A DNA stretch of 64,000 nt from an uncultured Alphaproteobacteria bacterium (GCA_963822575.1 CAWGHZ010000007.1:1375655-1439654); one strand, 5' to 3'. Counted from the first letter of the stretch, positions 37,950 through 49,954 are shown. A program made the numbers and translations. Notes: a model not told the origin generated them from the letters alone.

Positions 37950-40342
37950 TGGACGACGCGCCGCACCTCAAGAACTACCGCTTCGTCGCCCGGCCGCGCC
38001 GCACCAAGGAGGCCGAGCGCTTCGTCACCGGCGCCGGCACCTACGTGCAGGACGTGAAGCTGCCGGGCACCAAGCATATTGCGCCGGTGGCGAGCCCCTA
38101 CCCGCGCGCGAAGATCCTCTCCATCGACGCGTCGGAGGCGCTGGCGATGGACGGCGTGCACGCCGTCGTCACCGGCGCTGAGCTCGCCCGCGACACCGAG
38201 CCGATGTTCCAGGGGCTCGATATCCCCAAGGTGCGCTGGTACCCGCTGGCGCACGAGATCACCCGCTATGCCGGGGAGTGGGTGGCGGCGGTCTGCGCCG
38301 ACAGCCGGGCGCTGGCCGAGGATGCCGCCGAGAAGGTGGTGGTCGAGTACGAGCCCTTAGAGCCCGTGATCGATCCCGAGGCGGCGCTCGCGCCCGACGC
38401 GCCGCTGGTCCATCCCGACCACGGCACGAACCTCCTCTATTCCGGACGGTTCGTGTGGGGTCCGGTCGACGACGATTTCGCCGCCGCCGAGCACCGGCTG
38501 AAATTCCGCGCGCGTTGGGGGCGCAGCGCGACCGTACCGATCGAGACGTTCGGCGCACTGGCGCAATGGAACCGCGGCACCAAGATCCTCGACGTCTGGG
38601 CCTCGATCCAGATGACCAATTACGCCGAGCAGCTCGCCCACGCGCTGCGCCTGCCGGTCAATTCCGTCGCCGTGCACCAGGAGGTCGACGTCGGCGGCAG
38701 CTACGGTACCAAGCGCGGCATGAAGCACACCATCCTGTGCGGCCATCTCGCGCGCAAGCTCGGGTTCCCCGTGCGCTTCATCGAGGACCGGATCGACAAT
38801 CTGGCCGCGGGCGATTCGCACGGCCCGGACCGCATCTTCGACATGGAGGTCGCGTTCGAGTCCGACGGGCGCATCCTCTCGCTGAAAATCTTCGCCATCG
38901 ACGACGCCGGCGCGTATCCGGGCCGCGCGCCATTCCAGCTCGCCAAGCCGATCACCGCCATCGTCGGGCCGTACCAGATCAATTCCGTCGAATACCGCCC
39001 GACCTCGGTCACCACCAATAAGTCGGGCGAGGTGGCGGTGCGCGGCTTCGGCCAGTCGCCGACCAACTGGGCGATCGAGACCGCGGTCGACAAGGTGGCG
39101 CGGCACTTGGGCATGGACCGGCTGGAGCTGCGCCGCAGGAACCTGATCCGCAAGGACCAGTTCCCCTACGAGATCCCGTCGGGCACCAAGTACGATTCCG
39201 GCGACTACCACACGGTGCTGGACAAGGCCCTGGCGCTTGCCGACTACGACGCGCTGGTGAAGCGGCGTGACGCGATCCGCGCCGCGGGGCGGCTCGCCGG
39301 AATCGGCATCGCCTGCTGCCTGGAGCCCTCTGGCGGCAACAACATCCACGAGAACCTGATCAACCCCAAGCTCGCCGTCACGACCTTCATGGAGGCGTGC
39401 CAGGTGCGCATCGACCTCAACGGCGTGGTCACCGCGATGATGGGCACGACGACCTCGGGCCAGGGGCACGAGACGCTGGTCGCCACCATCGTCGCCGAAG
39501 AGCTGGAGCGCGACCCCGACGCGATCCGCGTGGTACACGCGGACTCGCTTGTCGGCCTCGTCACGCGGAGCCCGGTGGCGAGCCGCATGGCGATCATGCT
39601 GGGCGGCGCGGCGGCGGGCGCGGCGCAGAAGCTCAAGCGGAAGCTCCTCACGATCGCCGCCCATAATCTCGGCGTGCCGGCGGAGGCGCTGGAGTACGAA
39701 AGCGGCGATATCGTCGTTGCGTCCGACCGGTCGAAGAAGCTCACCTGGGCGGAGCTCTGCCGCATCGCTCATCAGCGGCTCGACCTGATGCCGGAGGGGA
39801 TGGAGCCCGCGCTGAACGAACTCCACGTCATGTCGGTGCCGCTCGGCGGGAAGCTTCCCGACGAGAACAAGCGGGTGCAGATCTACCCCTGCTTCGCCTT
39901 CCAGGCGCACGTGCCGTTCGTCGAGATCGACCCGGTGACCGGCAAGGTGACGATCTTGGACTACGTGATCGCGCACGATTGCGGCACGGTGATCAACCCC
40001 GGCATCGTGCGCGGCATGATCATAGGTGGCATCGCCCATGGGATCGGCGCGGCGCTCTACGAGAAGTTCGCCTACGGCCCGGACGGGCAGTTCTTCGCCG
40101 CGTCGTTCATGGACTATCTGCTGCCATCGGTGCACGAGATACCGCGCGTGCGCGATGTCGAGCACTGCACCCCCTCGCCGCTGACCTCGCACGGCCAGAA
40201 GGGCTCGGGCGAAGGCGGCTATCTCGGCGCGCCCGCCGCCATCGCCAGCGCCGTGAACGACGCGTTGGCGCCCCTGGGCCTGTCGCTCGACGAGACGCCG
40301 ATGCGCCCCGCGCTGGTCGAGGCGCTGCTCAACGCCGGATAG
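37949..40342 (+). CDS. Molybdenum hydroxylase large molybdopterin-binding subunit (CoxL/XdhA family; lacks the form I CODH AYRCSFR motif)
   Basis: 797 aa aldehyde oxidase/xanthine dehydrogenase a/b-hammerhead plus MoCo-binding domains; start overlaps coxS stop (TGATG). Confidence 0.85.
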   Translation: MDDAPHLKNYRFVARPRRTKEAERFVTGAGTYVQDVKLPGTKHIAPVASPYPRAKILSIDASEALAMDGVHAVVTGAELARDTEPMFQGLDIPKVRWYPLAHEITRYAGEWVAAVCADSRALAEDAAEKVVVEYEPLEPVIDPEAALAPDAPLVHPDHGTNLLYSGRFVWGPVDDDFAAAEHRLKFRARWGRSATVPIETFGALAQWNRGTKILDVWASIQMTNYAEQLAHALRLPVNSVAVHQEVDVGGSYGTKRGMKHTILCGHLARKLGFPVRFIEDRIDNLAAGDSHGPDRIFDMEVAFESDGRILSLKIFAIDDAGAYPGRAPFQLAKPITAIVGPYQINSVEYRPTSVTTNKSGEVAVRGFGQSPTNWAIETAVDKVARHLGMDRLELRRRNLIRKDQFPYEIPSGTKYDSGDYHTVLDKALALADYDALVKRRDAIRAAGRLAGIGIACCLEPSGGNNIHENLINPKLAVTTFMEACQVRIDLNGVVTAMMGTTTSGQGHETLVATIVAEELERDPDAIRVVHADSLVGLVTRSPVASRMAIMLGGAAAGAAQKLKRKLLTIAAHNLGVPAEALEYESGDIVVASDRSKKLTWAELCRIAHQRLDLMPEGMEPALNELHVMSVPLGGKLPDENKRVQIYPCFAFQAHVPFVEIDPVTGKVTILDYVIAHDCGTVINPGIVRGMIIGGIAHGIGAALYEKFAYGPDGQFFAASFMDYLLPSVHEIPRVRDVEHCTPSPLTSHGQKGSGEGGYLGAPAAIASAVNDALAPLGLSLDETPMRPALVEALLNAG

Positions 40343-40399
40343 GAAAGGGCGCCCGCTTGCGCGGGCGCCCTTCGGCCGGATAGCACTTCGGCTGGTGCG

Positions 40400-42518
40400 T
40401 CAGTGCGGCAGCAGCCCGGCGAGGATGGCGAGCAGCAGCAGCGCCACGATGTTGATGATCTTGATCATCGGGTTGACCGCCGGTCCCGCCGTGTCCTTGT
40501 ACGGGTCGCCGACCGTGTCGCCGGTCACCGCCGCCTTGTGCGCGTCGGAGCCCTTGCCGCCGTAATGGTCGTCCTCGATATACTTCTTGGCGTTGTCCCA
40601 GGCGCCGCCGCCCGAGGTCATCGAGATCGCGACGAACAGGCCGGTGACAATGGTGCCGAGCAGCAGTGCGCCGAGGGTGGTGAACGCCGCCACCTCGCCG
40701 GCGATCCACCAGATCACCAGCCAGACGACGATCGGCGCCAGCACCGGTAGCAGCGACGGCAGGATCATCTCGCGGATCGCCGCCCTGGTCAGCAGATCGA
40801 CGGCGCGGCCGTACTCGGGCTTGGCCGTGCCCGCCATGATGCCGGGGATCTCCTTGAACTGGCGGCGCACCTCGACGACCACGCTGCCCGCCGCGCGGCC
40901 GACCGCCTGCATGCCGAGCGAGCCGAACAGATAGGGCAGCAGACCGCCGAGCAGCAGACCGACGACGACGTAGGGGTCCTGCAGGCGGAACTCGATCTGG
41001 CCGGCGAGGTTCGGGAAGTAGTGCTTGAGGTCCTGGGTGTAGGCGGCGAACAGCACCAGCGCGGCGAGGCCCGCCGAGCCGATGGCATAACCCTTGGTCA
41101 CCGCCTTGGTGGTGTTGCCTACGGCGTCGAGCGCGTCGGTCGAGGTGCGCACTTCGGCCGGCAGGTCGGCCATCTCGGCGATGCCGCCCGCGTTGTCCGT
41201 GACCGGCCCGTAGGCGTCGAGCGCGATCACCACCCCGGCGAGCGCCAGCATGGTGGTCGCGGCGAGCGCGATGCCGAACAGCCCGGCCGCGTAATAGGCG
41301 AGCAGGATGCCGGCGCAGATCACAACCACCGGCAGGGCCGTCGCTTCCATCGACACGGCGAGCCCCTGGATCACGTTCGTGCCGTGGCCGGTCTGCGAGG
41401 CGCGGGCGACCGACAGCACCGGCTTGTGGTCGGTGCCCGTGTAGTACTCTGTAATCCACACCAGGAGGCCGGTGACGCCCAACCCGACCAGGACGCATTC
41501 CATCAGGGAGAAGCCGGTGAGCTGGACGGCGCCCATCGCGATCGGCGCCGAAAAGCCCCCGAACAGGACCCAGGTGGCGATACCGACCAGCACGAACGAG
41601 ATCGCCGCCGAGGCGATGAAGCCCTTGTAGAGCGCGCCCATGATGTTGTTGGACGGGCCCAGCCGGACGAAGAACACGCCGATCACCGAGGCGATGATGC
41701 ACACCCCGCCGATCACCAGCGGGTAGACCATCATCGTCTCCAGCGGCGCACCGGTGAAGAAGATGCCGGCGAGCAGCATGGTCGCCACCATGGTGACCGC
41801 ATAGGTCTCGAACAGGTCGGCCGCCATGCCGGCGCAGTCGCCCACGTTGTCGCCCACGTTGTCGGCGATCACGGCGGCGTTGCGGGGGTCGTCCTCGGGG
41901 ATACCCGCCTCGATCTTGCCGACCAGGTCGGCGCCGACGTCGGCGCCCTTGGTGAAGATGCCGCCGCCGAGCCGCGCGAAGATCGAGATCAGCGAGCCGC
42001 CGAACCCGAGCGCGACCAGCGCCTCGAGGATGTGGCGGAGCCCCGCGGGGTCGGCCGCGTTGAAGATGCCGCGCAGCACGAAATAATAGCCGGCGACACC
42101 CAACAGCCCGAGCCCGACCACCAGCATGCCGGTGATCGCACCCGACTTGAAGGCAATGTCGAGCGCCGGGCGAAGCCCGCCGGAGCGTGCCGCCTCGGCC
42201 GTCCGCACATTGGCCCGGACCGAGACGTTCATGCCGAGATAGCCCGCCGCGCCCGACAGGATGGCGCCGATGGCGAACCCGATCGCGCTGTAGACGCTCA
42301 GCAGGAATCCGAAGAATCAGGCAAACCACGATGCCGACGATGCCGATGGTGGTGTATTGCCGGTTGAGGTAGGCCTTCGCGCCCTCCTGGACCGCGGCCG
42401 CGATCTCCTGCATGCGCGCGGTGCCGGCGCTGGCGGCGAGGATCGCGCGGGACGCCCAGGCGCCGTAGCCGAGCGCCACGATCCCGCACGCGATCACAAA
42501 CCAGTAAGTCGATGTCAT
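40400..42518 (-). pseudogene. hppA: K+/H+-translocating membrane pyrophosphatase (HppA), frameshifted near 42311-42322
   Basis: N-terminal 70 aa ([21 protein letters not shown]...) in one frame, the remaining 610 aa (..[24 protein letters not shown]..) in the +1 frame. Confidence 0.8.
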
Positions 42519-42677
42519 CGGTTTTTCCTTGTGATTGGCTTGCCGGAGCGCGGCGTCCCTGATCCACGCCGCGCGCCGGGGAACGTCGAGCCCCTCGGAC
42601 GAAAAATCGCGCGGAACATGCCAGATAAGGCCTGGCAAGGCAAACGGATGGTAGGGGGCGGAGGACGGCCGTCTTGC

Positions 42678-43881
42678 CTATTTCAAGGCCAACTCCCGCC
42701 GAAACGAATCGATGGCGAACTTCGCTGCCCAGTTCAGGTACTGGAACCGCCCGTACCAGCCGGAAATGGGGAACGAGCCGCGTACGCCGCCAATGCGGTC
42801 GGGATGCTCCGACGTCGCGATGGTCCGCCGGACGAAGGCGTTGGCGCGCAGGGCGGCGTCGCGGTATCGCGGTTCGCCCGTCCAGTCGAAAAGCTGCAGC
42901 CAGCACCAAGCAATCTGCACCGAACCGGTCAAGCAGGCCCACGGTGCCGCAGGCCGCCAGTCGGCATAGAAGCGGCCGGCAAGGTAGCCGTCGTGCCGGA
43001 CGCGAGGGACCAAGGCGTCGGCCGTCTTCCGCGCCGCCCCCAGCAGCGCGTCGTCGGGCCGCAATCGGTATGCCTCGATCAATCCGCGCAGCACGTACCC
43101 GATCGTGTGCGTGAGTGGGCGCGACGAAGTCGAGAAGGCAGCAGTCCGCGAACCAGCCGTTGGGGCGCTGCTTCGTCAGGGCCCAGCGCACTTGCTTGAG
43201 GCCGGCCTCACCATAGCCGCGCCCCGGCGCGACCCGGTCCGCCTCGAACAGCCCCCAGGCGACATGCGTTTCGTAGGCCTTTTCGCTCGCCAACGCGAAG
43301 GGTGTCGGGAAGCGGCGCCAGCAGCCGTCGTCGTCCTGCGTGGCGACCAGCCACGCCGCCGCCCGGTTCATGGCGTCGTGGTAGGCCTGCTTTCCCAGCG
43401 TCGCGGCGCCGGCGGCGAGGCCGAGCAGTATCTGGCCCGTATTGAAGGTCACGGGCTGCACGGGGCGCTGGACCATCGTGCCCCCCTGAAAGCCGCCTTC
43501 CGGGAACTGGATCGACACCAGCCAGTCGAGCATGCGCTCGGCGCGCTGCCGCAGCGAGGCATCGCTGCAAATGTCGGCCTCGCTCAGCAATGTCGGGACG
43601 ATGTATCCGGTCGTCTCCGGATAGGACGCGGCCCAGCCGTCGATCAGGCTGAAATGGCGTGCGACCCCGCCATCCCCCGTCGCCGACCGGTCCTGCGCCC
43701 GGCCGAGCCATGCCAGGCAGGCCGCGATCGCCGCCTCGCAGCCTGGATCGGACGAGGGCGGGCCGCGACGGTCCGCGCGGTCTTGCGCCCGCGCCGCGTC
43801 CGTTACGTCGTTGAGCTGCAGGTAGTAGCGTTCGGCGAGCGTCTCGGGCAGGAGGCGCTTGATGCCCGCTCTAATGTCCAC
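42678..43881 (-). pseudogene. Prenyltransferase / terpene-cyclase-like alpha-alpha toroid protein with QW (QxxDGxW) repeats, frameshifted near 43095-43115
   Basis: QW motifs TQDDDGCW, SIQFPEGGF, KQRPNGWF; two frames join at ..CCLLDFV / PLTHTIGYVLRGL.. Confidence 0.6.
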
Positions 43882-45072
43882 GTCTCCTCGCCCCGGAAAG
43901 AGCGCCCGCGCGGGACCTATAGGGCCGCGCAAACAATTTCGACAGCCTCGATCCGAGACGGTCCAAAGCCGTGTAGCACCAGGGCATGGGATCGTCCAGC
44001 CGCCACACGGCGTCCCGCGGCCGCACGCCGTCCGGGAAACCGCGTTGCGTCCCGGGCTGCATCTCGGCCGACCACCGGTCGATCGGCGAAACGGTCCAGC
44101 CCACCGGCCGGGCCGGGGGGCATGGCGGCGGAACCGGCTGGCCCACGGCGCTGCAATAGGCGGCATTCGGAATGTTCACGCCGTTCAGCGTGGCCACCTC
44201 CTCCTGGAAATCGGACCGCCCCACGGTGGGCTCGATCATGACGAACCGGCCCGTACGGGCGTCACGCTTGTATTCCATGCTTCCCATCCCGACGAATCCG
44301 ACCGCGGTGAAAAACGCGTCGGTCAGGCGCTCGAGCTCGGCCGCATGCTCCGGGGCCGGCATGCAGCTCGCCGTGCCGCCGGTCTGGGGCGGCCAGGAGC
44401 GCAACTTGCGACCAGTGAATCGCGCCACAGCGCGGTCGGGCGCATCGCGGTACTGCAGGCAGAAAAAGATCGCATCGTCACCGCCTTCGATCCATTCCTG
44501 GACGATCAGTTCGGCGGCCCCATCGATCTCGGTGACCAATTCGCGCAGCCGGACGAGGCTCTCGATCTTGTAAGCCTTCTTGAACAGCCTCTGATAGCGC
44601 TCTGTCTTCACAACAGGTTTGAGCACGCAGGGAAAGGCGAGCCCCTCGGACGCGGCAAGATCGGCCGGTCCGACGATGTGCACGGCCCGCGGCACGGGAA
44701 AGCCGAGCCGCTCGGCCGCGTCCTGGAACCGTGCCTTGTCCATCAGGACGCGCATGATCGCGTCGTCCGACATGGCGATGCGATAGTGCGCGGCGACGCG
44801 CGCGTAGTCGGATGACACCGTCTCGACGCTCGCTTCCTGGGTCAAGATCAGGACCGGGTCGGCTTCGAAGCGTGCGCGCAGCGCGATCAGCGCATCGACG
44901 AAGCCTGGCCCGGAAAGCAACGGGATTTCGAGGTAGCGCGCATGCCGGCTGCGCAGCGCGATATCGGCCGGGTTGCGTTCGGCCAGCCAGACCGGTATCC
45001 TTGCCTTGCCAGGCTGCGGACGATACCCAGCCCGTTGATGTCGCCGCCTATGATGAGCGCAAGAGCATCCAT
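43871..45072 (-). pseudogene. ATP-grasp domain carboxylate-amine ligase, frameshifted near 44995-45005
   Basis: N-terminal MDALALIIGGDINGLGIVRSLARQG continues in the other frame as IPVWLAERNP...; ATP-grasp core downstream. Confidence 0.7.
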
Positions 45073-45207
45073 CGAGAATCCGCGCCCGCAGCTACCCGGA
45101 CGCGCTGCCGGAGGTTGCCTGTCGGGCACCTCCCGACCCGGCGATTACCGTCGCCGACGCCAGCGCGCGGCCGAGTGCCGCACAGATATCGGCGACCTCT
45201 TCTTCCG

Positions 45208-46332
45208 TCATCCGTGAATGGCTCGGAAGTTCGAGAGACGTGGCGCAACGGCGGTCGCAAAGGGAAAGGTTCCGCCGTGGCTGAAGTCCAGTGCATAGCC
45301 CCGGCGCGTCGCGACCCCCAACCGTAGTAGCGCCGCCCGTAAATCCTCGCGATCCGTACCGTCCGGCAGCACCACCATGATGCGGGTCAAGTACCGCCCG
45401 GGCTTAAATTGTGGGAAGCGCACGCCCGGTATTCCGGCAAGATGGCGATGAAACAGGCCACCGACGCGAACACGCCCTTCGATCCGCGCGGTACAAGTCT
45501 CGAGCTGGGTCAACGCGATCGCCGCGCTGATATTGGGCATGCGCGTCGGAGGAAAGTAAGGGGGCGCCCATTTCTTGCCGAAGGCACGCTGCAATATTTC
45601 CCGCCAGTAATAAGTCGCCAAAGAAAAAATGGACTCGAATTGATAGTCCTTGAGATATGCCAACAAGTTGTTCAGTTTGTAGCTTGGGTCAGGGAGTTCC
45701 TCCCATTGCACTTGTGCCGCGCCCGCAAGGTCGGGGTTATTCCAAACCACGAGACCACCGGCCTCATAGCAACCTGTCACGAGAGTCTTAGACGTCGCGA
45801 AGCTGATGATCCCTGCGTCCCCGAAACCCCCGAAAGCTCTTCGGCGACTCGCGCGCACCCCGATCAAATTGGCCGCATCGTCGATGAGGAAGATGCCCTT
45901 ATTGCGACACAGGGCTTCGATCTTTTCGATTTCGCAAGGACATCCATATGCGTGAACCGCTATGACGGCGTGCGTTCGTTCCGAGATTGCCCGCTCCAGA
46001 CAGTCCACCGAGACGTTAAGGTCAGGTTCGATATCGACCGGTACCGGCGAAAGTCCCGCCTTCACTATGGCCTCGATCACGCTATCGCAAATGTATGCCG
46101 GATAAATGACCTCGCTTTTCCCGGGACGGTTTTGGGAAGACGCCTTCAACGCAAACCAGATGGCGGATCGCGCCCGATTGACCGGAAATATCGTTGCGTT
46201 TGGATAGCTGTCGCGAAAATGCGCGACGATTGAATCCACTGACCGGCCGACATTCGCGCGACCCAGAACGACGGCCCCTAAAGCGGCCACATAGTCCCGC
46301 CGCCCCCATTCTCCATAAATCATCGGGTGCAT
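45208..46332 (-). CDS. DegT/DnrJ/EryC1/StrS family PLP-dependent sugar aminotransferase
   Basis: 374 aa; SFATSKTL lysine motif; lower-GC region. Confidence 0.8.
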   Translation of the reverse strand: MHPMIYGEWGRRDYVAALGAVVLGRANVGRSVDSIVAHFRDSYPNATIFPVNRARSAIWFALKASSQNRPGKSEVIYPAYICDSVIEAIVKAGLSPVPVDIEPDLNVSVDCLERAISERTHAVIAVHAYGCPCEIEKIEALCRNKGIFLIDDAANLIGVRASRRRAFGGFGDAGIISFATSKTLVTGCYEAGGLVVWNNPDLAGAAQVQWEELPDPSYKLNNLLAYLKDYQFESIFSLATYYWREILQRAFGKKWAPPYFPPTRMPNISAAIALTQLETCTARIEGRVRVGGLFHRHLAGIPGVRFPQFKPGRYLTRIMVVLPDGTDREDLRAALLRLGVATRRGYALDFSHGGTFPFATAVAPRLSNFRAIHG

Positions 46333-46362
46333 AAGGGACCTTCTCGAAGACCTAGCTTTTAT

Positions 46363-47036
46363 CTAGGCGAACGCCGGAAAATACGAACCACCCGGCATTC
46401 CACTCGAACTTGTTGATCCCCAGCTTGCCCAAGAACCTCTTGGGATCGTCCGAGCCCACCGCAGATCTCGGAAATATTCGCGGAACGTCATTCCGCGGAA
46501 CAGAGGCTTTGCGGTCCGCACGATCAAATCGATTGCGATAAGACCACCGTACCTTTCGCGCACTTCTTTCTCGTTCTGAAAAAATCGCACATGCGTGGAA
46601 TAATCGAAATTCGGCACGGTGCAGATACAGAACGTTCCCGGCTTCCATAGCTTGACCGCAGAAATGTCCTGTTCGATATGTTCAAGAACCTCCGTGCAGA
46701 CGATACAGTCATAATCATACGAGCTGTAAGCTTCCGGCTCTAGAGCGTTTCCGACAAACACGACGCCGCTCTTGCCAAGACGCTGCGCCGCATTTTTTAC
46801 CGCAATCTGGCTAAAATCGAACCCACGATACTCGATGGCACATTTTTGGACGATCATCTCCGCGAGTCGGCCGCTTCCGCATCCGACTTCGAGGACGTGC
46901 CACGTTGCGCGCGTTGCACCTTATCCACAATATCGCAATACATAGGATAGTATTCTGATTTCGTGACCGGAAGGTCCGGGCGTCCCCATTCGGCATGAAG
47001 TTCATCGTAGACAGTAAGATCCGCTTCTTTTCCCAT
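46363..47036 (-). pseudogene. Class I SAM-dependent methyltransferase, frameshifted near 46895-46905 (CGCGCG run)
   Basis: N-terminal 45 aa in one frame up to ..VDKVQRA; motif I LEVGCGSGRLAEMIVQK continues in the other frame. Confidence 0.65.
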
Positions 47037-47047
47037 GTCACATGGTC

Positions 47048-48525
47048 CTATAGGTATTGCGGCTGGCGCTGAATCAATCTTCGAAGCCCGATCAGCAACG
47101 TGCGCTCTGCCCCACCCGGTCGTCCGGACATTAGCCACATAGTCAACGTCACCGCCGAAAACACGACCACACCAGAGACTACCGAAGCTCCAAGGACCAT
47201 GCCCCATCCAAGAGCATCATGCGAATGGGGTAGCTGCGCTTGGCACTCGAGAACGACGACGACCATCACGAGAGATCCTATCAATGGCCGATATAGGACC
47301 CCAAGAAGCCTTCCTGGAGCGAGGTTAAGAATTCGGCAAACAAGTAGAAAGTCAATGAATGACGAAACCGCTGCACCGCCGGTAACCGCCCATGCCGCTC
47401 CAACAACTCCAAGGTGGCTCACACCTATAACAAGCAATGGCAACATCACGATGGCGCCACCACCAAAAACCCATGCGGGATATTGCGGCCGCGAACATGC
47501 CATGAACAAGGGATGACTGCACGAGGTTAAGCAGGCAAGCAGCGCATAAACGGAAAGGACATGCATGATAGGTATCGCGGCGACCCATTTTTCGCCAAGC
47601 GCCAAGTGAACCACGGAACTGGCAACAAGGCCCAAGCCGACGGCAACGGGCACGGCAAAAAGGCTCGCGAGGCCGAATACTCCGAGGAAAGCCTGACGTA
47701 GCTCCGGCAGGTCTCCAGAAATCTTCGCGAAAGCAGGATAGATGCCACGCCTCATGGGCGCCAAGAGAAGACCGGTCACCATATCCATGATTTCAAGTGC
47801 AATCGTGTATACACCGACCGACTGGGCTCCCGCGAGCCGGCCCAGCACGAAGACATCGCTCTTTCTATATAAAAAGACACCAGAATTGACTAGGATCAGC
47901 CATTTCGAAAAATGCATGATCTCGCGCCAATGCTGGAACTCAGCCGCGGGCGCATGGGCTGCATCGTGTAGCTGAGGACAAGCGCACCACGGAGAGGCCG
48001 CGATTCCGGCCACCAATGCCCAATAGCTCGCGAAATGATGGCCAGCGGGATGATCACGACGAAACCGCCCAGCTTCGTAACCACCATGTAAATGAAGTCG
48101 CGGCGGAAATTGAGCTGCTTGCGGAAATCTACGAGGCCGATGTTCTGGAACCCATCGATCAATGTCGTGCCCGCCAGGCAATACACGATCGCCTCGAGCC
48201 GCGCGTCGCCGAACAACTCGGCGAAACGAACGGCGCGGCGGGAAGGAGCGCCAGCGCCAGGACCGCGTTGCGGCAGATGGCGAGCGTCCACGCCGTATCG
48301 TAATGCTGGCGTGTCGCCTTCTGGTTCTGGATCAGGACCGTGTCGAGGCTGAACTCGGTCACCGCCTGAAGGGCCCCGGAAAAGGTAGTGGCGAGCGCGA
48401 CGAGGCCGAAATCGGCCGGGACGAGCAGTCGCGCCAGAATGATCGTGCTGAGCATCCCGATCCCCTGCGACGGCGAGCCGCGCGCCGACAGTCCAGGCGG
48501 TGCCCTTGGCCATCTCGCGGCCCAT
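47048..48525 (-). pseudogene. wzx: Wzx-like polysaccharide flippase (polysaccharide biosynthesis protein family), at least three frameshifts
   Basis: Flippase N-terminus ..AWTVGARLAVAG / GIGMLSTIILARLLVPADFGLVALA split at a GGGG run (48462); further shifts near 48240 and 48000; C-terminal 370 aa intact. Confidence 0.65.
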
Positions 48526-49954
48526 GCCCTGGGTCGCCGCGCGGCACTCGGCTCGGACGACGGTGCCGTCGGGTCGCGACGGGCGTGCGGACGACGTCAT
48601 ATCTATGCGCGCCGGCATAGCGCCTTCCCCGATAAGGCCGTTCGAGAAACGCCTCCGCACGGGCGAACTGCAAGTCGCGGGCCAACCCCTCGCGCGCGGC
48701 GACCGGAAGGCGTGGGATGACCCCCTGCGCCGCTTTCTCGCGCGCCCAATCCCGCAAGTGTCCGGCGATGACGTCGGGATCCGTCGACACGGCCCCGGCC
48801 CGGCGGGCGCGCACGAAGTCCGCAGGCACCCCCTTGTCATATCCCATCACCAGGATCGGTCGCAGGCTCGCCAGATATTCGAACAGCTTGCCGGGGCAGT
48901 TGCCGGTCTCCATCGGGTTGTCCCACTGCATGAGAAGCAGGACGTCGGCATCCCATTGGAGCTGCAGCGATTTGTCGTACGGCACCGCCGGGTGTACCTC
49001 CACCAGGTGCCGTACGCCCGCCCTTTCGGCAAGCGGCCAGACCGCTTCGGGAGCGGTCCCATAAAATTCGAGAACGAAACGTTCGCCCTCGGGATCGATC
49101 TGCCGCAACGCCTGGAACAAGGGCGTCGGGTCGCGGCGCCCGACATAGATCGCCCCGGTGTAGACGATCCGCACCTTCGCCGAGACGGATTTCGGCGGCG
49201 CGCTCGGGTCGAACGAAAAATCCTTGGGATCGTAGCCGTTATAGACCGTCGCGACAGGCTTGCCGTATTTGGCACGATAGAACTCGCACCACGGCTCGGT
49301 GACGGTAACGATGCCCGTGGCGTTACGCAGCGTGCGCCGCTCCACCCACTGTTCCAGCCTGTGGCGCCAGCGCGGCCAATCCAGGAAGCGGTAGGGATCG
49401 TCCGCCCAACGATCGCGGAGCTCCGCGAGCCATGGCACGCCGAGCCGGGCACTCGCGCGGTGCGCGACGAGGAAGGCGGTGAAGGACGGGCCGCTGGCAT
49501 AGATCGCATCCGGCCGCCATGCCCGCCCCAGGCGCAGCACGTCGCGCAACGCGTACGGGTACCACCCGACCCGTTGGTCCGGGATGTTCAGCAGATTCGT
49601 GTAGCAGTCGGACAGACGCCGCAGCAACGCCGGGCGCGACGTGCCGTTATCCGCTGCGCCCGTCTCGGCTTGGGGCGCGGCGGTTTCGGCGAGGGAGGCC
49701 GGCGGCTGCCCGGTCATCCGGGTCCACAGCCCGCTGCCCAGCCGGACGGGCGCGTTGACGTCGAACCAGTTGGAATACGAAAGCCGCTTCAGCTCGATTC
49801 CCAGCGGCATGGTCTCGGGCATGCCCCAGTCGCGGCCCGCCACAACGCCGACTTCGTGCCCCCGCTCGACCAGGTAACGGGTGAACTTGCCGACACGCAC
49901 TGCGCCGATCGCATTGACCGGAGGAAAGTACCACGAAACGATCAGAATTCGCAT
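48359..49954 (-). CDS. Glycosyltransferase family 4 (C-terminal boundary uncertain; the ORF runs on into wzx N-terminal region in another frame)
   Basis: Start MRILIVSWYFPP; GT4 N-terminal and C-terminal sugar-binding domains; true stop probably near 48550-48700. Confidence 0.7.
   Translation of the reverse strand: MRILIVSWYFPPVNAIGAVRVGKFTRYLVERGHEVGVVAGRDWGMPETMPLGIELKRLSYSNWFDVNAPVRLGSGLWTRMTGQPPASLAETAAPQAETGAADNGTSRPALLRRLSDCYTNLLNIPDQRVGWYPYALRDVLRLGRAWRPDAIYASGPSFTAFLVAHRASARLGVPWLAELRDRWADDPYRFLDWPRWRHRLEQWVERRTLRNATGIVTVTEPWCEFYRAKYGKPVATVYNGYDPKDFSFDPSAPPKSVSAKVRIVYTGAIYVGRRDPTPLFQALRQIDPEGERFVLEFYGTAPEAVWPLAERAGVRHLVEVHPAVPYDKSLQLQWDADVLLLMQWDNPMETGNCPGKLFEYLASLRPILVMGYDKGVPADFVRARRAGAVSTDPDVIAGHLRDWAREKAAQGVIPRLPVAAREGLARDLQFARAEAFLERPYRGRRYAGAHRYDVVRTPVATRRHRRPSRVPRGDPGHGPRDGQGHRLDCRRAARRRRGSGCSARSFWRDCSSRPISASSRSPLPFPGPFRR

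Noticed and set aside
47037-47207. N-terminal extension of the methyltransferase ORF (MGHGPWSFGS...)
   Set aside because: Overlaps the wzx 3' end; composition is non-protein-like. Start assigned to ATG 47036.
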